A stretch of DNA of 64,000 nt from Chrysomallon squamiferum (GCA_012295275.1 CM022665.1:22816001-22880000); one strand, 5' to 3'; counted from the stretch's first letter, positions 37,115-53,500 are shown. Made by a program: numbers and translations. The notes: generated by a model not told the origin, from the sequence alone.

Positions 37115-40016
37115 TTTGACAGTGTGTTTTGGTGCACATATTGTCCTTCAAATTAATATTCTGATGACCAAAAGATGACCCGAATCGCCATTGTGAAATT
37201 CATTGTATAAATCAATATCCAGGTAAGCCTGTTTTTGTCTTAAACAAAAGTTAATCTTGCTTCCGGTTTGTGTCTTTTGAACAAACAAACAAAAATCAAT
37301 TTCAGTAGCGAGCAAAGAAAAATGAACCTTGACATAAATTATTATAACGTAAACTTTTGACTCTGTATCCGTTCAGTAATGAGGTATTTTTGTCTTTCTA
37401 TTAAATATTGCTGTTAATATTTCTATTAATTATAATAAAACACATTTTGGAGAGAGAGAGAAAGAATTCTACTCATGTTATATTTTTGAAAACAAATTAT
37501 AAAATTTTACGACATCTTAAAATAAAAACATAATATATTCTTGACACATGATTTATATTCGATTATGAAATTAGTCATATAATAACTTAGAGAGAAAATA
37601 ATCTTTAAAAAAGACAACAAAATAAACAACAATAAAACCCAGTTCGTAAACAACAACAGCAGCAACAACAACAACAAAAATCCGGTTAACAGTCGTTCTC
37701 AATTATTTTTATGAAGGAACGTACATTTACAGAAATTAATGGTTATGTCAATCAGCCTTTTTCATTATGCATGAATGCCTCTTACTGGCTGTAATAATTT
37801 GGATAGTCACTAAAAACTAAAATATTACAACAATTACCACTAAAGATCCTTAACTAATAAAAAAAAAAATTTCACCTCTGGATCATTTTTAATTTTAATT
37901 TCTAAATACGTTCCATTCAGTGGTATTTCAAAACACGATCACATTAATTTCAGGCGTAAGAGTCTTTTTGCCAGCCCTGGGTTCACTTTCTCAGCGAGTG
38001 ACAAGGACACAACGTATATTCGTGAGCTAGTAACAACACTGTTGTGGCATTATGGATGGTTCATCGTAAAACGTTCACTAAATCAGATAACATCGTATAA
38101 TCCCAAGAGGGTCGTTTATCTCAAGAATAAATGTTCCATGCAATATTTATCAGTTGGTTTTGTTAATGGAAACGTGTGATTGCCTCTATTTTGTCCAGCA
38201 TTTAGACAACCTTTTTGGTTTTCCAGAGCTCAGCTGAAATCATCGACGAGTTTACAGTTTTACCACATAAACAGTTTTGGCACAAAACCAAAGTGGATAA
38301 TACATATATATTATTATTAAAAATGCCAACAGTATTATAGGTTAGAAAAACGCGTATTGGGTACATTAAAATAATTTCACAATATAATAAAAAGGAGATT
38401 AAAAATGAAACCGGTCAATAAAATTAATAAAAGGGGAAAAAACCATAAACAGGCATTCACAGAGAAACTAATAAATAAATAAATAAATAAAAATAAAAAA
38501 GGACAAAGAGTTCAGCAACGCTTAGAACATATATTACAGTGTTAATCTTTTAACTGTCCTGATGGTTTTATGTACCTTTAGATATTACCTTATTATTACA
38601 CTAGAGTTCTGTTTTTAATATTTACACAGTATGAGGCATACAACAGCTGTCTGTCTGTCTTCGACGTTTTAATGATTTTTCACTCCGTGTTCTTAATTTC
38701 AGTTGCTATAGATACACAAATTACAAAATCATGAACAAAGATAAGTAAATTAATATAACTTAGCAATATCGTAGACAAATCTAGATTATCGTTTTGTTTT
38801 TTCAAGTATTACGCCATTGATGCTAATAACGTTTCGTATATCAAGGCATTTGTTTATAATGACCTAGAAGGTTATTTACGAAAACAGGCAGGTTTTTCTT
38901 CTTTTGATGGTTCAAGACAGGTGCTGTCTAATGGTTTATCGTAAAAACAGCGAACACAATCACAGAAATAGTCAGCACTGTTGACATTGTTATCTGAAAA
39001 ACATTCTTAAGAGCAATGCGTACATAAATATCTTATTGTGAAACAAAAACAATCTTTCAACAAAGCGTTTTGTTTATATCGTAATCTAAAAGAAATATCG
39101 AAAAACAAAGTATGTAAGTAACTTAAAGAAACGGAAGAATGTATTCAAAATAGTTTTCAAATAGAAGTCTTTTAACGAAGGCAATCGAAGACGTCTTAGA
39201 AACAAAGCAATCGTAAATATCTTTAAGAAACAAATTAAAATAGTTTCTTTTTTCTTGTCTGAATTGTCTCTTCGTTTTGATTTCGTTTATTTTTGTTTTT
39301 AAATTCTCAGACTTTTGACTAAACACTCTAATGCATCCTCCGTCATAAAAGCAGGATATTTCTGAAGAGAAAACCTCACAATTACTCTCATTTCCAAGCA
39401 AGAGTTAATCGATACGGCACAACACAGCTAAAAGATGTTTTTAAGATCTTTCCTTTTTTATATCAGGAAAGTGGTTATTCTTTACGAAACAAAGGACGCC
39501 ATTTCCCATCCAGTTCTTTCGTTAATCATGAAGAACCCGAGCATAATGAGTTCTATTTTTCAATGCAATCACAAAAAGAACCTGTTCGCAGTCCACTTCT
39601 CATGTGAACTTTGTATCAACCTGAAGGTTGAGGAGTTAAGGAGGACGTCATGTAAGGAGCACTGTGAATGTTTAATTTCAAACACACTACGAAACAAAAT
39701 TAATCCTCATAGGGACTTAATGACGTTTAATGTGTTTGTTTAAATTTAGGTTTCTTGTATTATGAATAATACTCATACTTTAATTTTTTTTTTTTTTTAA
39801 TTTGGGATTCTGAAGAAAGAGTACGTATATATAAAAAACGTGTAAGTAGAAAAAATCTGATACTGATTAATAAACATTATTAAAGTAAATGAAAGTAAGA
39901 AAAAATCTTACAAGAGTGGAAAGAAATGTTTTTATAAAAGAAGAAGAAGAAAAACAAAAGTAAGAAATTAATATTTAATAAGTTTAAATTAGAAAAAATA
40001 CAAGAGCCATTAAATA

Positions 40017-40145
<129 letters not shown>

Positions 40146-40204
40146 GAAACAGTTAATACAGTAAAGAAAACAAAATAACTAAGACACCTTAAAAAAATAG
40201 AATA

Positions 40205-40240
<36 letters not shown>

Positions 40241-43200
40241 GCATCGAAATACAAATAAAAGACGAAGGCAGAAGAAAACCTCCCTTGAAAAAATTTTATA
40301 ATTAACCACAAAGGTTCAAATAAACAACTTCTAAAATAAACAAATTAAAACAAAAAGAAATAGCATGTCATTAAAATTAATGCAGACTCTTTTTTTGTTG
40401 TTTTCTTAAAAAGATTTATTATGCAGGAAATAAATGACAACATGAGTAACTCAGCCTCAAACCAGAATGAAGTCTATGCTTTTGCAGCCAGCATAGTTAA
40501 CTGCTGCAATATGATCATGGATTTGCATCGTTTACTTCTGACAATATTCTCATGATTGCTAAGAAATTGATTTCCCTGGAATCTGAATAATTTCCTTGTT
40601 ATTAGTTCTAATCAGTTTTTAAACAAATTTATTCCCTGGAATTAAATAGCAATACAGATTTCAAGGTCATGTTCACGAGAAATGTAATTTAGGAAAAATC
40701 TTGTATTTGTTTTGACTGTTTTGTTTGAGTAAAATGTGGATGGTTGAAGGACAAAGGGTTAAAGACGTTAGGTCAGAATGTGACGACACGGGTCACTGGT
40801 CATGCGTAACTCAATATAAAATATTCGCCAAATATTAAATCACATTACATCTTGCGTCGCGTGCGATTTCAGTATGATAATCTGTTGGTAAAGCATTCAA
40901 AGAAGAATTATTAAGACTGCACACGGTATACTGCACGACATTAGAAACGCACATCACAGAGGATTGTTCCAAACTGAATGAGCAACAGAAGAAAAAGTAC
41001 AAATTCGAACAGATACATATACATTGTATATTATCATCATCATTGCAATTCTTATTATTTATTTATTTTAAATATAAATACTTTTCTGAGCTTTTGAAAG
41101 TTAAATGTCTCTGACATTATCATTCAAAGCTAAATACTTGAAATTGTTTTGTTTTTTTCTTCTTTTTTAAAATTAACTGACATATTGTTAAACACAAAAT
41201 AGGAACATTTAGGAATACACCATTAGCAGGATTGTAAAAAGGAACACTGATATTTCAACTGTTGCACCACTAAATTAGATGCTTTCTTTTATACTGATGT
41301 TGCAACGATCCAGATCAGGTTTATTCAGATAATATGAATATTTTGTTTACCTTTTTAAAATGTTCACATAAAATTACTTTAAATATTTACAAATAATATA
41401 TAGGGATTTATTTAAAAAATCAAGGTAATTCTAAATGAAAATCACATTAAAATCCAACATACAAATACTGATACTAATATCAGTACTCCAGAAACAAAAA
41501 GTCAAAGAAACTGAAAATCACGTGACATTTTTCAGTAAAATGAAACCCACGAAGACGGTAGGATTATGTAAACAGTTCATCGACTTCGTCGTTAATAATT
41601 CTGTTAACAATAGTGAAATATTTCGAGTGTTTACTCGCGTTCTGTTTGCATTAAACACAACCCACTTTCGTCCCAGAACGTCACAGTGGAATGCAAGTCC
41701 AATACGTTCTAATTGTTATTTGAAAACGCCAAAGGCAAAGCAAATAAAAAAATGTGAAGTTTAAAAAAATAAAATTAAGTTAAAAACCTTTCAGGTTGCT
41801 CCTAAATCATCATTTCTGGACCGATTTTCATTTCCCGGAGAACGAATGACGAGTTAAAGTGTATAATGTAGTTAAGTAATGTTGGTGTTTCAATAGCGAG
41901 CCGGGAGGAAATCACAGTGAAATTACTTCCTCGCCCATTTCCCCCTTTGCCAAGTTTTCGTCCGTGTAGGTGGCCCGCGGCGCGGCGCAGTGCATGACTT
42001 CGTTAAGCTTGATCAGTGATAATAACACATCCAACCGTCAGACTTGCGCGTGTATTCCTTGGCGCTCATCACAACCTTTCACGCTTTATTTGGAAATTGA
42101 TTCAGTCGCAGTCTGACTTTGTTTGGGTTCGCCTGCATTGTGCCCCTATTTTTATAGATGTTTTCATTTCATTATTGGCGAAACTTTTAAGTTGCCAAGT
42201 GTAAAATACGAACATATTTTGGTTTCCTTCATTCGAAGATTAAAGCCTTATTTACAATTTGTGCTTTTGAATAAGCAGTCCTTCCAAAAAAAAAAAAAAA
42301 AAATAATAAAAAAATAAAAAAATAAAATAAAAATAATAATAATAAAAATAAAAAATAAAATAAAATGAGTGGCCAAGATGTAATATCAAAATAATATGTT
42401 AATATATAATGCTATGATTAATGCATGTGTAGCTGACTAAACATGCTGGAATATATTTATAAATAATCTTGACTGAATGAATAATTATTCAACATAATTA
42501 TATTATTAATAAAGGATTTTAGGTTTCGGTCACATGATTTTGTAACGATAGTTTAAAAGGGAAATCTGTTTTCGTTACACGCTTAATCTTTTAGATAGCA
42601 ATTAGAAATATTTTATAATATGGTTTCCTAATTCACTTTGAAAACTAAATAATTAAAACGTGATTTGAAGAAAATGTAAATTTTTAGTTATATAAATACT
42701 ATGTTTTATGTGTGTCTGTATGGAAAAAAAGAGAAAAGAATAATAATAATATAAATATATTTGCAGAATATGAAAAAAATACCTACATATTTCACATGGA
42801 TTTTGTCACAAAATGTAGACACAGCTTATTTATCAATATAACTAAAATAGCCTTTTTATTTAATACTGTATTGTTTCATATATTAGTGAATGTTTTTTTT
42901 TTTTTTTTTTTTTTTATCCCCGCTAGGAAGAGCAGCCAAAAAAAAAAAAATAAAGAATAAAAAAACTCCAAATAAAAGTAATCTCCATTCTGCAAAATTT
43001 TATATAGGTTTTCTCGATTATCTCTCTTGGTTATAGCCCGTAGCGGAATTGTTCAGTAATCTCCCTTCGTTAGAAACGCCGGTAGGGTTTCCCTGAAGAC
43101 AGCTGCGCTTTATACTAGGTCAACTGCAGGTGATCCGGAAATTAAAGGCTTCGTTAGAAATCTGCTCTGGGAGTGAAATAAAGTACACTCGTTCACTGAA

Positions 43201-43288
43201 CGAGAACGATTTGTTTACAACACACTTTATACTCAGTTCAAAACAATACGTCTGGAAAATATACAGGAAAACTTAATTATAAATTTTG

Positions 43289-43325
<37 letters not shown>

Positions 43326-46300
43326 TGTATTATTTCGTTATACTTTCAAAGAGATTGTATTTATAAAGTTTACAGACGCCAATTTTTACATCATTTCACT
43401 AAATCTGTAAAGAGAAGCATCTATTATACACATTTCAAAAGAACACATTCTCACTTAAAAATGTAAACGTTATTTTCATGGTAACCATTAAAACGGAATT
43501 TGCCAGGTTTTCTTGAGCACTCATTCCTTCACGGACGCGACTGCTAGCTGGCTTTAACAGATGACGTAGACACGAAAGGCGTGCTTAAACAAATCATTTG
43601 ATCTATAATAGGTAAACTATTACTGTAGAAAAAGAAACAATATCAAACAATAACAACAAAAAATATATTTCTCGTTGAAACATTTGTAAAGGTTTTTATA
43701 TTTAAATATTTGATTCCATATTTGAATAAATGTCAAGGTTTATGCAAAGATTTTGGATTTCTTATAATTTATTAAGTTAAATAAAGGTTTATATATAATT
43801 TTATAAAGTAAATGTTTAAATATTTCATTCATGTATTAAATAAGTAAAAATGTATATGTAAGTAGTTTATTTCATGATTTGATACAATAGCATTAAATAA
43901 AATTAACAGTATATGATAAAGGCATTTCATTAATATATTAAAAGAATAAGCTAATGCATTAAAGTTTTATTTCGTATAAAAGTAGGAAGAAAAAGTAAAA
44001 GTTTATTTTTGAAAATTTACATCATAAGTCAGATTAAAAGTTTATGCTTAAAATGTGATTTTATATATTAAATGAAAATAAATATGTTTTTCATCGTGTG
44101 AAATTACATTTAATGATGCACGTCCGGTATCTTTGAAACTTAGGACGACATAACCTTGAGACTGGTCGATCATTCTGACCTGGCACCTATTAAAAAATCA
44201 TCATTTATTGTTCCGATGTTGTCAGAAGACCAAATGCGTTATATAGATACATCTCTTCAAAGTGTCTGGTACAGATTCCCTATGATTCCATCTAAATAGT
44301 GTATCTCTCCCCTTAGTAATGAACGTTTATATCGATGGCAACCAAACATGCTATTGGGACACTACTGTCTTCATGCAATTTTGCAATAAATCTGCACATT
44401 TTAACTGTACAAATGTGGCTTTGTCGATTAAACAGGTCGTTTGTTATTTCATGAATTTCTCTAAGTTCCAGACATAAAGGTCTCTGTGTGGAAATAAATA
44501 TTCAGATGCTCTTCCCTGAATACACGCTTGTCCCATTTAGATTATGACGAATAAGACATAAAAAAGGATAAGAAACTAATATAATAATCACATCGCAGAC
44601 GCCATGTAATTTGAAATGTCCATAATTTAGAGCTCTGTAAGACACTGTATAGTTAAATATTTTACGTAGATTTAACAGAACAAGATAACAGAGCATAATA
44701 TATTAATTCAGTCTGCTTAATGCATCGTAAAATACTAAGTGTTTAGATTGGTTTTTGTTATTGTTATGTTTAGACCAACTTAAGTACCATGTCTGGATCG
44801 ATTTTCACATACTTATACAGGGAGAAAGCTTTAGTCTAATTAACTGCTAAATGTGTATTCGAATCAAGTATTTACAGTGTTCGTATATTATGTACAATTA
44901 TTTATATCGTACACTTACTTAACGGTGAATTTCAACAATAGCATACACAGAATATACAATTATGATGCATGTTTCAGTGATTCTATTTTTTCCTCTTTAA
45001 CTTCTCCGATCGTTAATTGTATTTTAGAAATGTATTGATGTGAAGACGTATCGATAATGCAGGAATCCCATTATCGCTGAACACAATGGGAATTCAAGCA
45101 AAGAATACTCATCCTCGTTTACCCAGGCGAACATTTTCCATCTTATTGTTTTCACCGATGAACCGAGCTAACAAGTACATGCAGCGATTAACTAGAATCG
45201 TCGTTATGTGTCATAATGTTGGTTCTAAATGGTGATCGTTATAATAGATTATATTAAATAATATGTATTTCTGCATTTATAATGACACATATCAAGAGGA
45301 GTGGTAGATAGAAGGTTCAACAGTTGTAAAATTCTAGTACTTGTACTGATCCTAAATCTACAGAAGAAGGGTGTTACAAGGAAGAATACTTTTCCCCCGA
45401 TTTTGTTTTGTCTTTGGCAGAAACTCTTTGGCATGCTCGAATAGTTTTTTGATGGAAACTTGTTACAAAACAAATAAAATAAAATAAACAAAAAGTTATA
45501 CCCACACCACAGACCAGGCTTCTAATTAACTGACAAAGCAACACCATTTTTGATAGACTGATAAAATGTGTGAATGTAGTTAGGATATACGTTCAAAAGG
45601 TAATTTCAAAGTTTTAACAAATTGTTGCTAATTCCAAAACAGATTCGCTAACAGTATGCAATAAAACTGTTCCAGTAAGAATATAAAACATAAAATAAAA
45701 GAAAAGAAATAATCAATAACAATGTAGCAAAGAACAAAACAAAACCATCAAACAAACAAACAGTCAAACAAACAAAAAACAAACAAACAAACAAACAAAC
45801 AAACATGACAATAAATAAATAAATAACTGAAATTATAAACACTTTTACCGATTTGAACATTAAACGAGAAGGACGTTATAAACCCATAAAATTATAAAAG
45901 CAAAGCGTGCTTTGTTTTTGTTTTTTTCCTTGCAAAGTAACACACCAAATCATTTCATAAAGTTTTTATAACGATGTACGGGATAATGCAATTTCATAAC
46001 CACATCCAGCCCTAGACGAACGATGGCTACCACTATATCAAATTAAATGAATCTATCGTCATAAAGACACTGTAATATCGTGGATGGGTGCGGATGAAAT
46101 TGCATTATGCAGTCGAATAGCCAATATAAACTCTTGCATAAAGAGTAAATCGTGCCTGATGATGGCTAATAGATAGAAGGATGAGGCGATTTCTGTGTCC
46201 TTAATGTAACAAAGTAATCCGGGGAAAGACATTTTCAGAAAATTGCAGTACATTAATGATTCTGCTTGGGAAGGAAAACTTCTTTATGTTATGGCCGCTG

Positions 46301-48084
46301 GCCTTAAGGTTTCCGGCTTTTTTTCTACTGTATGTATCGATTCCATTATTGCTGAAGTCCAACAGGAACCAACAGTTACTTCATAAAAAAAACCAAATGT
46401 TTAATTTTACGAACTAACAGCAGAAAGGAGATTTTCTTTTAATAGATCCATTTGTCTTTTAAAGAACACTCGCCAGAATCTGGTTATAGATAACCAGCAT
46501 AAAATATCTGCACTTTGAATTGGATTCTGTTTAGAGATTTCTATGTCTTAGTATAATAAGCCCTGCAAGGCGCATATAACTTTCAACTTACCGCGTTCAT
46601 CACCGTAATAGGAATCTTTACTTGACTAAAAAGAAGATTTATTTGGCAAAGCGTAAGAAAAACAGGTTTCGTAGCATATTACATTTACAAAATGCAGGAA
46701 TTGATGGAACTAATTTTACGTTTTTAAGGAGATAATCGATTTACAAATGAGTTAAGTAGTAGAGATAATATTACACGCCGAAGGAACGTACTGGATTCTT
46801 ATTTTTTTCTCTGATTGATGAATGTTTTTTCTACAGAAAAAAAAACGTCTTGAGGCCAGTTTCCAACTCTGTACTCACTACGAGATGCCGACTGTAAAAT
46901 CAACTTATCTGTAAAAATAACAATTGCCAGAAGAAAGGTGTAATACGAATTTCAAGTGTATAAAGGTTTAATGCATTTTTATTTCTTTGAAAAACAAGAC
47001 TATGTAAAATCAATATGATTATGAAAATAATAAATATGAAGAACAGTATGTAATTATTTTTATTATAAGTAGTCTGCCTCTCTGTCTATGTATCTGTCTA
47101 TATGTTTCTGTCTCTGTCTATATGCCTGTATCTCTGTTCTCTGCCTAAATCTTTACTGAACACACACACGTGTACATATTCACTGTTAAAAAATATTTAA
47201 TGATGGAAACAAAATGTTGCATTTTTTTTCTTTCCTTTCCCTTTTTTAATTATTTTTTTTTTACTTCAAATTTATCTTTCTTTGCATTCTTTCCTCGCAA
47301 AATAAAAATTCTACAATATTACAAAAAATAGTTTGTGTGTTTATATAAACCGAGTAATATAAAACTCACAGTTTGACTGTCTGGACAGGCATCACAAGTA
47401 AACATATCTCAGTTTACTTTTATAAATTATCACAACAGAACAGGATGTTTTGCTGTTTACTTTACATCACTCTTGGGAGGATTTAAACAAATGAAACAGG
47501 GGCGGACAGCTTGAACTTTATTATACCATGATGGTTTAACTTAGGACTAGAAAGGTCAGTGAAAAATAACCAGCTATTTAACTCAAACTGGACAACACAA
47601 TATGGTAAAGTCGAAAGGTCACCACAGCATGATGACGAGTTTTGCTTCCAGCTAAGCGACTCCATTTTTATATTGAAACCAATAACCTTGTCAAAGACCA
47701 AAATCAATATGCTTGAAATCTAATGTCTGGGGTTTTAAGATGGGAGAATATACCCTTCACTGCATGTCAGATAAAGATTTATAGCTACTAACAGTTCGTG
47801 TCGTAATAATAGCTATGAACCGTGAAAATTAAGTAGCATCTTATATTTTCTGAGATCATAATAATACTGTGTCGTCAGTTAAGAGCATGTGATGAAAAGA
47901 AAATATTTTATTACCGAAAGGTTGATAATGTTCTGCTGTTGTCACATTTTAATGTTAAGTATTTTTATTTATAATTTTAGAGTTAAAAATGCAAATACAA
48001 TAATATTATTCTAAATATATGTTATGATATTTATTATTATTACTACTATTATTATTGTTGTTGTTGTTGTTATTGTTATTGTTG

Positions 48085-48125
<41 letters not shown>

Positions 48126-49584
48126 ATGCAAACCATGCAAACGTAAGTTATCTAAAATTTTATTATTATTTTATATTTCGCATATCGTCAGATATTTCGA
48201 AAATAATTTTCACCCAGTTTTATAGATTGTCCATATGTTATTCTTTCAAATAATCACAATTTATAAAAAAAAATTCAATATAATTATGATTTTAATATCT
48301 TCTTTAGGTTTTTGTATTATTTCTTTTAGAAATACGTTTCATCTATCATAATTTCAGTTCTAGTCTAATATAACATGTGTAAAGTATTTGAAAAGTTGAT
48401 AAGACAGTTTCTGCAGAATGGAAGCGTAAGTCAAGATTTGAGGTAATTAAAACATGATCTACTTAGAAAAACAGACACATGGTAGCTAAAACAACCATCA
48501 GGTCCTTCACGTGCAGGTGGAAGCTATCACCAATCTTTCTTATATTTTCATTTCTTCTGTAACAACACCGCCGCACAAGCACTTGTACTTTTAGGCAGCG
48601 ATATCTCAATTAATCAGCAGTAGCTTCTACATGCAGCGAGTCAACAACAACACCACCACCACACACACATACACAGACACAAACACACACTGACGCGCAG
48701 ATGGCTGACAAACCAGCAGCTCACTGGTAGACGTGTCAGCAGGTATGTCGTTCTGACGTTGTACTTCATGCAGCATCGAAATAATCTGTCCGATCTACAT
48801 CGAGATAAGTGATAACAGAGCCGAGATTGACAATCAATTGGTTAGGAAACGCTAGAGGCCCGAGACGGACAGCTTCCTTCATCAGTAGTTTATCTTTCCC
48901 TGCTGGACAAGACGGGTTAATTTACACAGGGAACTCAGTAAATGGTGTAAACAAAAGGCTATATATCAAATATCCTTTCACTGAAGAGATTGCGGCTGGG
49001 CAACCGTAGAGGATGTTTTTAGGCTCTCTCTCTTGTCCAGCCTGACACTAAGATGATTGAGAGGTAAGACTAAAGCAATAGTTCACTTCCACATGAAAAG
49101 TTACATACAATATCACTTCTCGCAAGATAACACACGTACAGGCCATTTATCGACAGGTCTTACTGATGCAGTTTAATAAGAAGCGAGAATCGAACTTGTT
49201 GTTGGAATGTTTTTTTTTCTTCTTCTTCATTCTGAAACAAGACTCTCATTTTGATTTGTTCGTAAGAGCGACTATTGGAGAGGGATTGCGTATTTTTTGA
49301 ATAATTGTATTTTTCTCGTGTGTTTTCTTTTAACCGTTCACAGAATATCACGCAGTCGAACCCTTGGCCATCAGATAAAAAAAAGAAATGAAAGAGATTA
49401 ATTAAAATGTTAGATTAAAAGATATTAAACGAATTAAAAATTGATTATTTAGAGAAAAAGTGGAAGAGGATTTGAGGGAAAGAAATGTTGCTGCTATAAT
49501 TCTAAACAAAAGTATGAAGAATGATTCTGATAAAAAAAAAAAGCAACTAACCAACAAACAAATAAATAAACAATTTAGATAATG

Positions 49585-49630
<46 letters not shown>

Positions 49631-49669
49631 TAAGTTACCATCTTTAAAAACTACAACGACAACAACAGC

Positions 49670-49701
<32 letters not shown>

Positions 49702-52700
49702 AAGTGACTATTACGATGATGATGATGATAATAATAATTATAATAATAATAATCCTGTACAAACAGCGGTACAAAACAACATATTTACATAATAATCTGG
49801 ATGAGTATTATGCACCGCAGGTCCAGACCACCATTTGACATGGGTTAGGATCACAGACCTGTGTTTAGATGGCAAATATTAAGATGATGAACAGAATCAC
49901 CGTACAGCGCACACTCCTTTGCATAATATCAAACGGCACAGTTGTACTGTTTGTTGTGTTTGCCCATGGCATGCATGGTCTTCGTGTAATAAAGCAAATG
50001 GTGTATTATATATTACAACATCCTGTATAATACTAAATAACAGTCTGGACTCCCACTTCTGCATAATATAATGTAACATTACGGATATTTCTCTGATATT
50101 AACTCACCTAGATCCGCCCCTGTTTTCCTCATTATTTTCATAAATCGACGCTTAATCTTACTGGAAATTCTCTATATGATCTTCTATACTTTGTAAAATA
50201 TCTAATACAGATTACTTGAAAGATTTAAATAAATAAATTATTATTATTTTTTTTTTTAAATTTATACTTCCTTCAGACTAGGACTGTTTATTTAAATATG
50301 AGGATTATGGCATTTTCTGACCATCTTGTAGAAGAGATAACGCTTTTCTTATGAATTGTTTTATTAATTTTGTTCCAGCCATATTTTCTAAAAAAAAATT
50401 GTCGATGTGGAATCAACGCTCATATGTTTTGCATCTGCATAATACTCACATTTGCTTGAAGTTCGTATTGGTAATTCACTTTGAAAGCCAAACTCTTTCA
50501 ACATTATCACCAAGAAGAAGAAAATGCAGAAGATAAAAACGCCAACAACAACAATAACACTAACAACAAAAATTACAACAGCAGCAGCAACAGCAACAAC
50601 AACAACAACAACAATAATTAAATAAATAAATAAATAAATAATCCAGTCCTTGGCATTTCATTTCTCCATCCATTCACAAACTCGACACCTTAAACTGCTC
50701 CCAGAACTGAACGAAAACGTAAGTCAAGCTAAGCTAAAGGAAAGGAAAGCTAAATAATAAATTTCCAATTTACTTGAAAAACTCACGGGTCAGCCCGTAT
50801 AACGTGAATCTATAGGCTTTAATTCATACGGAACCAAAAGATAACTACAAGGTATTATTATCGCGTCGGGGTGTTGATCTTAACAGGTGTAAGGTAGCGG
50901 CGACCAGGTCACGAACTGTAACCCCAGCCGTTGGACATGCGGCGTAGAACATCTCTGTCACTTGTAAACGATAACCTTTGATAGGGAGTTTTCACTTTGA
51001 TGGTTTGTTTGTTGTCAGTTCGGTGATAGATATCTCTACAGCTGAAATCAAGTACACTACAAGCGAAGTGGTCATTAAATGCTTGCTTATTAGTTCGCAA
51101 CAGATGAAACGAAAGGCATAAATAATGCACGCGAAAATATCAAGTATGCGTTGAAAGGAGTACCGTACGAAATCAAAGGGTGAAAATAATGGCCGAATTT
51201 AAAACCAGAAAGCAGATCGAAAGACGTTTAACAGTCCCAGTAATGAACTGGCTTATAATTGAAATTGCAGATCTTGAACTAAAGAAAGATGTCTTGCACT
51301 GAACATATTTGAAAACAAGGGGGGAGGGGATGGGGGACATACTCTGCAAAGACTACTCACGAATTTCACGAAAGCACTTGTCCCTTCTTAATAAATATTT
51401 TGTTCTAATTTTTTTTTTTTTAATGAAAGATGAAACCATATTATAAACACCTCATATATATATATATATATATTATTTTTTTTTATCAGCCCCTTTCGCT
51501 GATTATATATATAATGTTGGAAAAAAGGTACAAAGTAAAGTCAAAGTTAATGCAAAAACATTTATAATTTGCATAATGTATAAAATGTATTGTAGCTAGA
51601 GATAACACAGTAAGATGAAATTAAGAATATGGAATATTGAACGTGTCCTGATTCGATTTTCAAAATCTAATTTCTGTGTACGCTGAAAGTTTACAGATCA
51701 TTTATCTAACATCAGATGAAAATAAGTCTCATTCTGCTAAAATGAAAGTAATTATTGCAGTCAAACTGAAATTTAGTATACAACAACAACAACAGGTAAT
51801 TACTAATTACATACATACGTACATACATTTATGTGACAGTGTATTTGGTTTCATGTTTATTTGTGTGTCTGCTAACTGTGATTTCTGTTGTGACTAGTGT
51901 TTGATTTCATCTTCGTCGCTAATTCTGCAATCTAATGTTACGTTAAATTTTAACACTGTCTGCTAGATGACAATGCATTTATCTCCCCTACAGTGAACAC
52001 CTGATGTCATAATTATTTGTGTAAAAACTGAAATAATTAGAATCTACTGATTCACCAAAGTAAATACAGCAGCTGTAGCAACAGCAGAGAATGCCACACT
52101 TTACAGGCTGACCCCACTGATTGCGTGCGTACCACCATGGGGGTGCAGAACGATGATCGTAAATACGTATTTCGTTCATAACGGAGCTCAGATGATTCAA
52201 CAACAAAGAACGTCTGGATCAGGTGTTATATACTGACAGAAGATGTTAACTTAATATTTAGGAAAACTGTTTTTAAGCAAACCCCAAAAGAGATTTCATA
52301 CTGTTATTAATAAATATATTTTAGACGTGAAAAAATGAAGATGTACAAAAATGGCGAGATATCCAACAAAAAAATATTGAATTTAAAAAAATATTTATGA
52401 TTAATATATGTTCCTGTATCGTTAATCCAACTTGCTTAATTAATAATGGAAAACTAATCAATAATAAACATTGGAAGTTTTGTAATTTATTAGTATGAGA
52501 TACTCATTAATTATTTGTTTTAATACGCAAAGGACAAAAATCACGGATCTCAATTATAAATCTCGTTAAATAATTTTTCGTATGATATCCTAAGGCCTCA
52601 TTAAAACACTTTAAAAATCCTTAGCATATACACCACAGAGAAAAAGCTGCTGTTAAAGAGACGACTTCCACCTGTTTGTTTGGTTAATTCTGTTAAATTA

Positions 52701-53204
52701 TAGCAAACACCTTTGTTCCTCTATCGTTTATTTAAAGGTCAGAACTAACAGTAACAAAAACTGGTTACTATTATATCGAATGGAAATAGAGGCTTTCCTA
52801 TCCCATAACCAGTGACAGTCAGTACAAATAACTGGATGCGTAAGTACAAATTAATCGTTGAATTCCGATGTACTTTTAACCGAACATTCTTTTCCATTCG
52901 TTTTCCTCTACAAAAGATTGTTTCTAAACGAAGCGCAAGCTCTTGTAGCCAAATTTCTCTCTCTTTCCCCAGTCTCCCCTGCGTCACGTGACTGGAGAAA
53001 CTAACCTGTAGTCTAGGCTGACTTTGCTTTTATTGGCGGTTTACCACGAGCGAGGTGCACATGTGTGCTGTGTGTGGATGTAAACGAAGACTGGAAAGCG
53101 TCGTTATCAACGGCTGTAAGATCAATACACGTCAGCGGGATACTGCCTGTGATCTCTCTACACAGTCGCTGTACTGTCATACAGTGAACATCGACTCTAC
53201 AAAC

Positions 53205-53500
53205 AGTCAGTGAAGAAAAATCCTTTGTGAAAAAAAATTATAATATCAAAAACTGATAGGGAGATCGTAAAGGCTCTTTTCATTTTCTCTGACAGCAAGT
53301 TATCAATGGACTTACGTGAAATATCTATTCGGTGCAGTTACTTTTTTCAGCTATACAAAAGGCTCTGCAAGTTACTGTGAAAAACTCATTGATAAAAATA
53401 TTTAAAAAACTGATAAACATTGTAAACGTTCTTTTGAGTTTCTTTGACAGCATCTTATCAATGGACTTGTGTGAAATAACTATTCAGTGCGATAACTTTA
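53205..53500. repeat. Degenerate two-copy tandem repeat, period ~155 bp
   Basis: TGACAGCA..TTATCAATGGACTT..GTGAAATA.CTATTC.GTGC at 53290 and 53445. Confidence 0.75.

Noticed and set aside
37123-37222. AG...CAG|GTAAG-bounded candidate exon
   Set aside because: Stops in all three frames; a non-coding exon cannot be supported without RNA data.
51330-51390. GCACTTGTCCC resembling miR-92
   Set aside because: Seed (ATTGCAC) absent and pairing to the upstream arm is poor.
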